From an uncultured virus (IMG/VR IMGVR_UViG_3300038828_000071) (Duplodnaviria > Heunggongvirae > Uroviricota > Caudoviricetes), in IMG/VR virus record IMGVR_UViG_3300038828_000071, positions 1-64,000 of that record: a stretch of 64,000 nt of DNA. One strand, written 5' to 3'. Positions 9,542 through 16,497 of the stretch are shown here, in pieces. The position numbers and the translations under genes are program-made. Under the pieces are notes generated by a model. The model did no database searches, was not told the DNA's origin, and saw only the letters and a list, made by a program, of their open reading frames with translations. The first letter of the stretch is position 1. Every line of letters starts with the position of its first letter.

Positions 9542-9543
9542 TT

Positions 9544-9807
9544 CTATTTTGTGCTTTTAAGTTTGTAACCCCAAACGATATAGAATATTCCGGCTCCAAT
9601 CATGAAGTAGAACATGCTGTAAGGATATTGGTCTAAATCTCTTGTGAAGATTCTAACCAATAGCAATGCAGTTCCTGAAACAAGTGATAGTATGCCTATC
9701 ATATAAAAAAACAATTTCAGCCTGTTAAGCTGAAATATTTCTTCTATTTCCTGAATGTTTTTTTTGTCGAACCCATCATAATGTGGGTATTTTTTAAATA
9801 GTCTCAT
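9544..9807 (-). CDS. small membrane protein (2 TM)
   Basis: Two hydrophobic segments. Confidence 0.55.
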   Translation of the reverse strand: MRLFKKYPHYDGFDKKNIQEIEEIFQLNRLKLFFYMIGILSLVSGTALLLVRIFTRDLDQYPYSMFYFMIGAGIFYIVWGYKLKSTK

Positions 9808-10109
9808 TGTGATAAAATTAATTTGTTATTGAATTTTTCTTGTTTAAAAATCATCCTATTTATTTCGGATAGTAAATATCCAACCTTGCGTTCTTTTTGT
9901 GATACGGTTTTGAAACCTTGTTTATTTTCCAACACTTCTTTAACAAATTCTAAGTTTGTTAAAGAGTTGGTTTTCAACATTCCTAACTTATATTCCAAAT
10001 GCGATTGTTTTAATGCATAGGACATACGAGCTTGGTAGTGACCTTCCAACTTACGAGCAATAGCATGAGCTCGCTTCATGATTAAAGACATTGGTTTACT
10101 TTGTAACAT
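9804..10109 (-). CDS. hypothetical phage early protein
   Basis: IMKRAH.IAR...MSYALK pattern common in small phage proteins. Confidence 0.6.
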   Translation of the reverse strand: MLQSKPMSLIMKRAHAIARKLEGHYQARMSYALKQSHLEYKLGMLKTNSLTNLEFVKEVLENKQGFKTVSQKERKVGYLLSEINRMIFKQEKFNNKLILSQ

Positions 10110-10151
10110 GATTTGTAATGTTCAGTGTATCGCTGTTCCCCGCGTTAATTA

Positions 10152-10484
10152 TTAAAACTTTATATACCTGTTTTTGCTTACAGGTTTATTCCTTTTCTCT
10201 ATCTCATAGAGATAATTGAGATAAGGTTTATAAAATGCAGTATAACCTAACCCTGCTATGGTTAGGCTTGCTGCTATGGTAACTCCAAATTGTGCCGTAG
10301 CAAATATGCTAAACACAAATATGGCTATATCTATCAGGTTTGATGTACGCATTACAACCCACTTAAGGGTTGGTACACTTTCAATCATCGCTACCAATCC
10401 AAGTAGCGTGATTAGACCGAAAAACGTATAGGTTGTAAAGATTAGCAACCCAATTATCATGACTAAGAATATTAAGTATTTCAT
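10152..10484 (-). CDS. membrane protein
   Basis: Several hydrophobic helices. Confidence 0.6.
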   Translation of the reverse strand: MKYLIFLVMIIGLLIFTTYTFFGLITLLGLVAMIESVPTLKWVVMRTSNLIDIAIFVFSIFATAQFGVTIAASLTIAGLGYTAFYKPYLNYLYEIEKRNKPVSKNRYIKF

Positions 10485-10490
10485 AGTTTG

Positions 10491-10925
10491 TTATTTATTT
10501 GGCATTATTATCTCAACTTCTACTGTTGGAGTAGTATTATGTATCTCTGATTGCTGAGATACAATATGTTCTTTGCCTTTTAGTTTTGCTAAGGCATTTG
10601 TCACCGTATCCTTATAGAATGTTTCGGTGAATTCACCATCTCTGGTTACGATTACTAATCTATCTTTGAAGAAGTAGAAGGTTTTACCGTCAATGTATTG
10701 AACAGTATGTTGTCCTACTTTATTTCCTGCATAGGCTGAAATCATGCCTATGATAATTGTTCCTATTACTCCAATTGATTTAACTCCCAATACTAATATC
10801 AGGAATTTTTTCAATGTGAAGAATGCCAATAAGAATGTGATGCCGATTGCACCATATTCGATTAGGTTTGTTGTTGATTGTTTTCTCTCTGTGTAAGTGT
10901 AAACGATTTGATTTGACTTTGTCAT
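10491..10925 (-). CDS. membrane protein (2 TM plus soluble tail)
   Basis: Hydrophobic N-terminal half. Confidence 0.6.
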   Translation of the reverse strand: MTKSNQIVYTYTERKQSTTNLIEYGAIGITFLLAFFTLKKFLILVLGVKSIGVIGTIIIGMISAYAGNKVGQHTVQYIDGKTFYFFKDRLVIVTRDGEFTETFYKDTVTNALAKLKGKEHIVSQQSEIHNTTPTVEVEIIMPNK

Positions 10926-10957
10926 TTGATTTGGTGTGGATTGTAGAGCCCACGTTT

Positions 10958-11167
10958 TTATTGATTAATTAATTCATTTACTTTATCAATAGCTTCTTCT
11001 ATTTCAGAGTATCTTAATGTATAGATATCTTTAAAGTAGTTTTTTTCTGTTTCTAATAATTTTTCTTTCTCTTCTATTTCCATTTGTTTTTTTAATGCTT
11101 CTATTTCTATTTCGTACATAGATAGTCTTAATTCTTCATACTGTTTAATTAATTCTTGTCTTGTCAT
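10958..11167 (-). CDS. small coiled-coil protein
   Basis: E/K-rich heptads. Confidence 0.55.
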   Translation of the reverse strand: MTRQELIKQYEELRLSMYEIEIEALKKQMEIEEKEKLLETEKNYFKDIYTLRYSEIEEAIDKVNELINQ

Positions 11168-11204
11168 TGTTGATTGTGCAAGTTGTACCTTGCTTGTTTG
11201 TTTG

Positions 11205-11273
11205 TTAATTAAATACTATTGCTACGGCTATAACCAATAGCCATATGTAAATTATTAATACTTTATTTCTCAT
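11205..11273 (-). CDS. 22-aa single-TM micropeptide MRNKVLIIYIWLLVIAVAIVFN
   Basis: Manual translation; start overlaps end of upstream ORF (ATGAGAAATAA). Confidence 0.5.
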   Translation of the reverse strand: MRNKVLIIYIWLLVIAVAIVFN

Positions 11274-11436
11274 GGCGAAGTTTCATGTATTTTGTTAATA
11301 CTATTTCATCCTCGAAGTGGATTTCTCCACTCTTTTCTGTGGCATTGTACAACCCTAAGACCGTTGGATCAGTCTTGGATAGTTCTTGGATTAAATAATT
11401 AATCTCTGATTGCGTAGTAAATACTAATCGTATCAT
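11263..11436 (-). CDS. 57-aa hypothetical protein (not in ORF track)
   Basis: MIRLVFTTQSEINYLIQELSKTDPTVLGLYNATEKSGEIHFEDEIVLTKYMKLRHEK; preceded by conserved leader motif. Confidence 0.55.
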   Translation of the reverse strand: MIRLVFTTQSEINYLIQELSKTDPTVLGLYNATEKSGEIHFEDEIVLTKYMKLRHEK

Positions 11437-11492
11437 GTTGCGTGATGTTCAGTATTATATCCCTGTCCCCGGTTTTAATTGTTTATTGTTTA

Positions 11493-11711
11493 TTAATCTG
11501 AACTTGTGGAACAATTCCATGTTGTTTTTGATTCATTACTTTTAAATTCGTATAAGCCATAGCCATGCGGATTATAGCCAATTTTATCTTGGATGATTTC
11601 CGCTTCTGTTTGTGTTATAACAGTATTACAGCTAAATAATACTTTGTTTTGCCTTGTTTTATAGGTTACAGAAATTAACCCATATTTTACTGATTTGAAT
11701 TCCTTTGTCAT
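11493..11711 (-). CDS. hypothetical phage protein
   Basis: Q...GY.P.GYG.Y.F......T.W.CS.S.D pattern. Confidence 0.6.
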   Translation of the reverse strand: MTKEFKSVKYGLISVTYKTRQNKVLFSCNTVITQTEAEIIQDKIGYNPHGYGLYEFKSNESKTTWNCSTSSD

Positions 11712-11802
11712 TATCGTAGTGTCTGATTGTAGAGCCAGACTTATTTAGTTATTATTATATTAATCGCTCTTTTGAGTGGCATTATATTATTTATGACACT
11801 TA

Positions 11803-11855
11803 TTCTGTTTCATCCTTTTGGAATCATCAGTCGTGATGCACATCACGATACAGAA
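11803..11855 (-). ncRNA. type III hammerhead ribozyme
   Basis: Minus strand UUCU-GUA/UCGUGAU-GUGC-AUCACGA-CUGAUGA-UUCC-AAAA-GGAU-GAAA-CAGAA: complete core, three stems, GUA cleavage triplet. Confidence 0.88.
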
Positions 11856-11858
11856 AAT

Positions 11859-11886
11859 TGAACAGTTTATACACTTGTTCAGGTGT
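11859..11886 (-). ncRNA. H-type pseudoknot immediately 5' of hammerhead
   Basis: ACAC-C-UGAACA-A-GUGU-AUAAAC-UGUUCA (S1 ACAC/GUGU, S2 UGAACA/UGUUCA). Confidence 0.65.
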
Positions 11887-11892
11887 TAGTAA

Positions 11893-12069
11893 TTAGAAAT
11901 CAATTGTATCTTCAAGTGGTCCTATGAAATATTCAGATTCAATAGGAGCTTTGACTAAAGAACTATTAAAAGATTGTTGTCTAAAATAAGACTCTATCCT
12001 TTTTTTTGATTCTTCTTGCTCTTGTAATTTAGCATATAATTGCCAAATACCAGGAAGTTCTACCCACAT
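11893..12069 (-). CDS. 58-aa hypothetical protein (not in ORF track)
   Basis: MWVELPGIWQLYAKLQEQEESKKRIES...LEDTIDF. Confidence 0.45.
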   Translation of the reverse strand: MWVELPGIWQLYAKLQEQEESKKRIESYFRQQSFNSSLVKAPIESEYFIGPLEDTIDF

Positions 12070-12219
12070 AATATTCTATATCCATAGATCACCGATGGAC
12101 TTGCGGATTAAAGAGAATCATTACAATGAAACTCTCTTTTCCGTGGCATGAAAAACACCCCCCGATACCCAAAAATAGAAAACGGGTACGGGTAGAATAT
12201 GAGTATAGTCCACCCCCCA

Positions 12220-12330
12220 CATTGATTTATTATATCATGTAGATTACCCCAAACATCAATTTATTATATTATTGTATTATCTACCGGCATTGATTTATTA
12301 TATCATGTAGATCACCGCGCGCATCAATTT
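12220..12330. repeat. 34-bp-period tandem repeat at the strand switch
   Basis: Units start 12220, 12254, 12288, 12322; cattgatttattatatcatgtagat exact at 12220 and 12288. Confidence 0.85.
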
Positions 12331-12395
12331 TTATAGCGTCGGACATATTTATTTAATTTACAATAATTTTGTTATTAAGTTAAATAAATACATTA

Positions 12396-12403
12396 CTTTT
12401 GTG
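12396..12403 (+). promoter_or_regulatory. Bacteroidota -7 promoter element TAnnTTTG
   Basis: tacttttg upstream of first plus-strand gene. Confidence 0.5.
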
Positions 12404-12544
12404 GTGTTATAATAAATCTGATTAGTGGTGGATTGGGTTTAATTATTGGTTAATAATGGGTTTATGGTCCAATTATTATGGGATGATCACCACGTAATTA
12501 TCTTATAATTTTTGGGCTATTTTTATTAATTTAAAAGAGTCTTT

Positions 12545-12934
12545 ATGTACAAATTGAGTAATTTAACGTTTTGTTTAATTGATGGTTTTGAGAGTGATTT
12601 TGGGAAGTTTGGGTTAGAGTTTTTGGATAATTTGAGGGCTTTTGTTGGTGACTTGGCTGTTTCAGAGCATACGTCTTTGATATTACCGGAGAAGACGTTG
12701 TTTGAGATGTATGAGAGTAGTCGTTCTGGAAAGTTGAGTATGGGTGAGAGTGCTGATATGTATAGAGGATTTATGTATGATTATGATGATAAGTCATTTT
12801 ATTATGTTAGTTATCGACCTATGGCTGGTTCGGATATATATCCAATAGAGATGAGTATAGGAGATAGGATGTTTGCTTTGAGATTATTATCGGATGATGA
12901 TGTTTTATGTTTAATAAGTACAAATAAATTTTAA
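12545..12934 (+). CDS. hypothetical protein
   Basis: First plus-strand ORF, 129 aa. Confidence 0.55.
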   Translation: MYKLSNLTFCLIDGFESDFGKFGLEFLDNLRAFVGDLAVSEHTSLILPEKTLFEMYESSRSGKLSMGESADMYRGFMYDYDDKSFYYVSYRPMAGSDIYPIEMSIGDRMFALRLLSDDDVLCLISTNKF

Positions 12935-12937
12935 GAT

Positions 12938-14590
12938 ATGGGAAGTTCAATTAAGAGTGGCTTAGAGGCTAAGAGTAGGTTAATATTCGCTATCAATAAG
13001 ATGGCAGATGCTGTAACGAGTACATTGGGTCCGGGTGGTAGAAATGTGATGATAGATACGGGAGGTATGGATGGCATCCATATAACTAAGGATGGAGTAA
13101 CTGTTGCTCGTAGTATCTATTTTAAGGATCCGGTAGAAAATATGGCGGCACAGCTATTAAAGAGTGTTAGTAATGGTTCTGATGCGAATGTTGGTGATGG
13201 TACAACGACATCTGTATTATTGGCACAGAGCATGATTAAGAATGGATTTAGTGTTATGGATAATGTAACATCTATACATGGGTTTATGAAGGGTATGGAG
13301 ATTGCTAAGGCTAACATTTTAAATTTATTTGAAAAACATCGTTGTATTATAGATTATGACAGTAATAATGGGAAGGATATGTTGAGAAATATCTCAATGA
13401 TCTCGAGTAATAATGATAAGGAGATAACAGATGCTGTAATGAAAGGATTGGAAATGGTAGGTAAAGAGGGAGTGTTTAAGATATGGGATAGTGGTACCCA
13501 CCAAACAATTGTTGAGAAGAAAGAGGGAATGCATTATTACAATGGCATGGTAAGTCCTTATTTTGCTAATAATAAGGCAAAAGTGATGTGGGAGTATGAC
13601 AATGTAGATATTTTGATTTACGGTGGTAAATTAGAGCGTTTTAAACAAATCGAAACCATTATGCGCACTAAGTTTATGGGTGATGGTAGTAATGATAATG
13701 CTATTATGATTATTGCCAATGAGTATAGTGATGAATTCACTAATACTGCAGTTGAGAATTTCGTTTATAATAAGATACCTATTGTTTTGGTAAATGCTCC
13801 GGGTTATGGGTTAGAGCAAAAATCCTATTTAGAGGATATAGCTGTAATGACCGGCGGCACTTCTATCATGCCGGAAAAGAATATGAAGATTGAGACTTGT
13901 GGAATTGAGGTTTTGGGACGCGCTTCAAGGGTAGAAACAGGTATGAAAAGTATGATTATTATGGGTGGTAAAGGAAAGCCGGAAGATATTGAAGCTCGTC
14001 GTCTTGAGCTTAAGATGTTGGAAGAAAATGAGACTGATCAATATTATAAGAATAGATATAATGAGAGGTATGCTAAGTTTACCAATGGTATAGCTTTGAT
14101 TAAATTGGGAGCCTATTCAGAGGTTGAGCTTCAAGAAAAGAAATTTAGAATGGAAGATGCCTTAAAAGCTGTAAAGAATGCTATTATCAACGGTTATTTG
14201 CCGGGTGGTGGATTTATGTTTTGGTATGCTAATGTCCATCCAGATATCCTTACTTTTAAAAGTGATGATAAGAATATAATGTACGGTTATGGAACAGTGG
14301 TTTCATCATTATTTGATCATCCTAAAAAGCTTTTTGATAATGTTGGGTTAAACTTTGATGATTATGTACGTGGTTATGCTACCATGGATGGTAAGTATCT
14401 GGGAATTAATTTAGAGACATTAGAAAATGTTGATTTGATTAAAAACGGGATTATTGATCCTTATATGGTGGCTGTTTCCGCATTGAATTATGCGGTATCG
14501 GTAACAAAAACGATACTGACAACAGAGGCAGTTATATATGAAGACGTTGAAGTTGATCCAAAAAGAGAATTAGGAATTTTACAACCATAA
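12938..14590 (+). CDS. groEL: phage-encoded GroEL-like chaperonin
   Basis: TLGPGGRNV, ITKDGVTVA, GDGTTTS, APGYG, EDAL.A, PGGG, GIIDP motifs; no C-terminal GGM tail. Confidence 0.93.
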   Translation: MGSSIKSGLEAKSRLIFAINKMADAVTSTLGPGGRNVMIDTGGMDGIHITKDGVTVARSIYFKDPVENMAAQLLKSVSNGSDANVGDGTTTSVLLAQSMIKNGFSVMDNVTSIHGFMKGMEIAKANILNLFEKHRCIIDYDSNNGKDMLRNISMISSNNDKEITDAVMKGLEMVGKEGVFKIWDSGTHQTIVEKKEGMHYYNGMVSPYFANNKAKVMWEYDNVDILIYGGKLERFKQIETIMRTKFMGDGSNDNAIMIIANEYSDEFTNTAVENFVYNKIPIVLVNAPGYGLEQKSYLEDIAVMTGGTSIMPEKNMKIETCGIEVLGRASRVETGMKSMIIMGGKGKPEDIEARRLELKMLEENETDQYYKNRYNERYAKFTNGIALIKLGAYSEVELQEKKFRMEDALKAVKNAIINGYLPGGGFMFWYANVHPDILTFKSDDKNIMYGYGTVVSSLFDHPKKLFDNVGLNFDDYVRGYATMDGKYLGINLETLENVDLIKNGIIDPYMVAVSALNYAVSVTKTILTTEAVIYEDVEVDPKRELGILQP

Positions 14591-14600
14591 AATTATAAAG

Positions 14601-15002
14601 ATGAATTCAAAAACAAAACAAACTTTAGAGAACTTACCATTTTTAGAATTGATAGAGATTCAAAGATCTTTATTGGATATGGTAAATAGACAAATTGAAT
14701 TGTCTAATTTTGGAAACAAACTTATTGAAAAGATTGAGGACAAAGAGCATGAAGATATTAAATCGATAGAAAAAGATTTATCTTTTCACAATAGCGATAT
14801 TGGACAGCTTCAAGATGTGGCATTGATTATTGATGAAATTGTCGGTAATAAGATTATGACATTAATTGGTTTTCATGCTTCTTTCGAAGATTATTTCATA
14901 TTTGTACATAAGTCAAGAGAGAACATGATGCGAATTTTTGAACGTCACAATCCGAATAATAAGGATAATGATTCTAAGGTTAGGTCTTTAAAAATCGAAT
15001 AG
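14601..15002 (+). CDS. hypothetical protein
   Basis: ORF track. Confidence 0.55.
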   Translation: MNSKTKQTLENLPFLELIEIQRSLLDMVNRQIELSNFGNKLIEKIEDKEHEDIKSIEKDLSFHNSDIGQLQDVALIIDEIVGNKIMTLIGFHASFEDYFIFVHKSRENMMRIFERHNPNNKDNDSKVRSLKIE

Positions 15003-15008
15003 TTTTTC

Positions 15009-15326
15009 ATGAGCATTACATTTAAAATATTAAAGTTTCCTGGAATAATAAACAACAAGCAAAATGTTTTAAATACATTTGATGAAATGAATGATGTTAT
15101 TTCTGAAAATGTAATAAATGATGTTAAGGTTATTATGGCTCAGAACCGTATTAAGAAAGGTGATTTATTTGCTGTTGATAACAAGTTAAGATTTAATGAG
15201 CATGATTATGACATAAATGTTTTAAATGATGATCATTCAAAGATGAAATATCTATTTTCTATTAATAAAAAGATAGAATTTGTAGATGGAGATTATAATC
15301 AGGACGTAAAATTTTATATCAAATAA
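15009..15326 (+). CDS. hypothetical protein
   Basis: ORF track. Confidence 0.5.
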   Translation: MSITFKILKFPGIINNKQNVLNTFDEMNDVISENVINDVKVIMAQNRIKKGDLFAVDNKLRFNEHDYDINVLNDDHSKMKYLFSINKKIEFVDGDYNQDVKFYIK

Positions 15327-15327
15327 T

Positions 15328-15894
15328 ATGTATTTAGTTGAGATATCTCAAAGGACAGGTCTTATTAAAGAAGATCCATTGTTGGATGGTTTTATGGCTA
15401 TACAATCATTTAGGAAAGTTGTAGAGACATTAGGATTGGAAGCGATGACAGTAATTGCAATAGCTTGTGATTATCAAAGTCCTTTGAGGTATTATACTAT
15501 GAAAGACAGACCTTATGCTGCAATGAAATTTGTAACCGGATCTAAGAGCAGTTTTATTTGGGAGCAAGATATAGTTCAAGAAGCCATGAATGATTATCTT
15601 GATTTACAAAAAGACCAAATCCTTGAAGAAGGAGTATTATTGCGGGACTTAAAAGAAAGTCAATTAATAAAAATAAAGAATGAAAAAGACACTGAAAAGC
15701 AGACATCCTTATTTAAAGAAATGGGAGCTATAAACGATTTGATAAAAAAATATGATCGAGATAATAAAGAAAAAGATATCTTTGCATCATCGCCAGTAGT
15801 AAACGGATATAAATTATCCAGATTAGAAAATAAAATAACCGATAAAAACTCATTCTATTATGACAAAAATCAAAACAAACCCAGAAGTAATTGA
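15328..15894 (+). CDS. conserved protein upstream of terminase (possible terminase small subunit)
   Basis: D..SP motif plus helical C-terminus; position-based inference. Confidence 0.45.
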   Translation: MYLVEISQRTGLIKEDPLLDGFMAIQSFRKVVETLGLEAMTVIAIACDYQSPLRYYTMKDRPYAAMKFVTGSKSSFIWEQDIVQEAMNDYLDLQKDQILEEGVLLRDLKESQLIKIKNEKDTEKQTSLFKEMGAINDLIKKYDRDNKEKDIFASSPVVNGYKLSRLENKITDKNSFYYDKNQNKPRSN

Positions 15895-16414
15895 AGTTGA
15901 TCAACCAGTAGTTGATCCTTCAGTAGAAAATGCAGTACCTGAAATTCCAACTGAAGATTTAAGTGATGTTGAAGAATTGCAAGAACATGGAATTTCTGAT
16001 GAAGGTTCTGATATTCCAGATTTATTATCAGATTTAATTGAATCTGAAATAGATTTAACTGAATCTAAAATAGATTTAATGACTAAATCAATTGATCAAA
16101 AAACAGATGGAGATCTTATAGAAGGTGATGATATTTCAGTAGTTGCTCCTTCAGTAAAAACCAAAACTCCTGTTGAAGAAATTCCTAAGACTGATCCGGC
16201 TCCATATGAAGAAGAACCTGAAAAGTTGCATTCTGATGATTTTTATGCCGAAGCTTTTAAAATGAAAGATTTGGAATTAAAAAGACTGCAAAGACAGTTT
16301 GATGAATACAAAGCAACGGTAGCTGTAAAGGAAGTTGATTATCAGCTATTGGAAGCATTGAAAGAAAGAAATCTTAAACTGAAAAAAGCTCTTGCGGAGA
16401 TACAAGAGAAATAA
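15860..16414 (+). CDS. acidic low-complexity/coiled-coil protein
   Basis: D/E/P-rich N-terminus, coiled-coil C-terminus. Confidence 0.6.
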   Translation: MTKIKTNPEVIEVDQPVVDPSVENAVPEIPTEDLSDVEELQEHGISDEGSDIPDLLSDLIESEIDLTESKIDLMTKSIDQKTDGDLIEGDDISVVAPSVKTKTPVEEIPKTDPAPYEEEPEKLHSDDFYAEAFKMKDLELKRLQRQFDEYKATVAVKEVDYQLLEALKERNLKLKKALAEIQEK

Positions 16415-16450
16415 AAATCTTTTTTTTGGTTTATTGCTCTTTTGAGCATT

Positions 16451-16484
16451 GGGTTGGATAGATAATATTCAACCCTTTTTTTTT
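16451..16484 (+). terminator. intrinsic terminator
   Basis: gggttg...caaccc followed by T-run. Confidence 0.7.
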
Positions 16485-16485
16485 A

Positions 16486-16493
16486 TAACTTTG
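16486..16493 (+). promoter_or_regulatory. Bacteroidota -7 element TAACTTTG
   Basis: 4 nt before terminase ATG. Confidence 0.55.
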
Positions 16494-16497
16494 CCTC

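Larger units (their letters stand above)
11330..12149 (-). promoter_or_regulatory. three copies of ATGCCAC-nn-AAAAGAG (11330-11345, 11767-11782, 12134-12149)
   Basis: 14 of 16 positions identical in three copies. Confidence 0.55.

Noticed and set aside
12220..12330. Possible mini-CRISPR array (repeat ends in TGTAGAT like Cas12a repeats)
   Set aside because: The would-be spacer is a degenerate copy of the repeat (34-bp tandem), the repeat lacks the TCTAC/GTAGA stem, and no cas genes are present
15009..15326. GroES (right size, IKKGD motif)
   Set aside because: No N-terminal P..DRV motif or mobile loop recognisable; left as hypothetical
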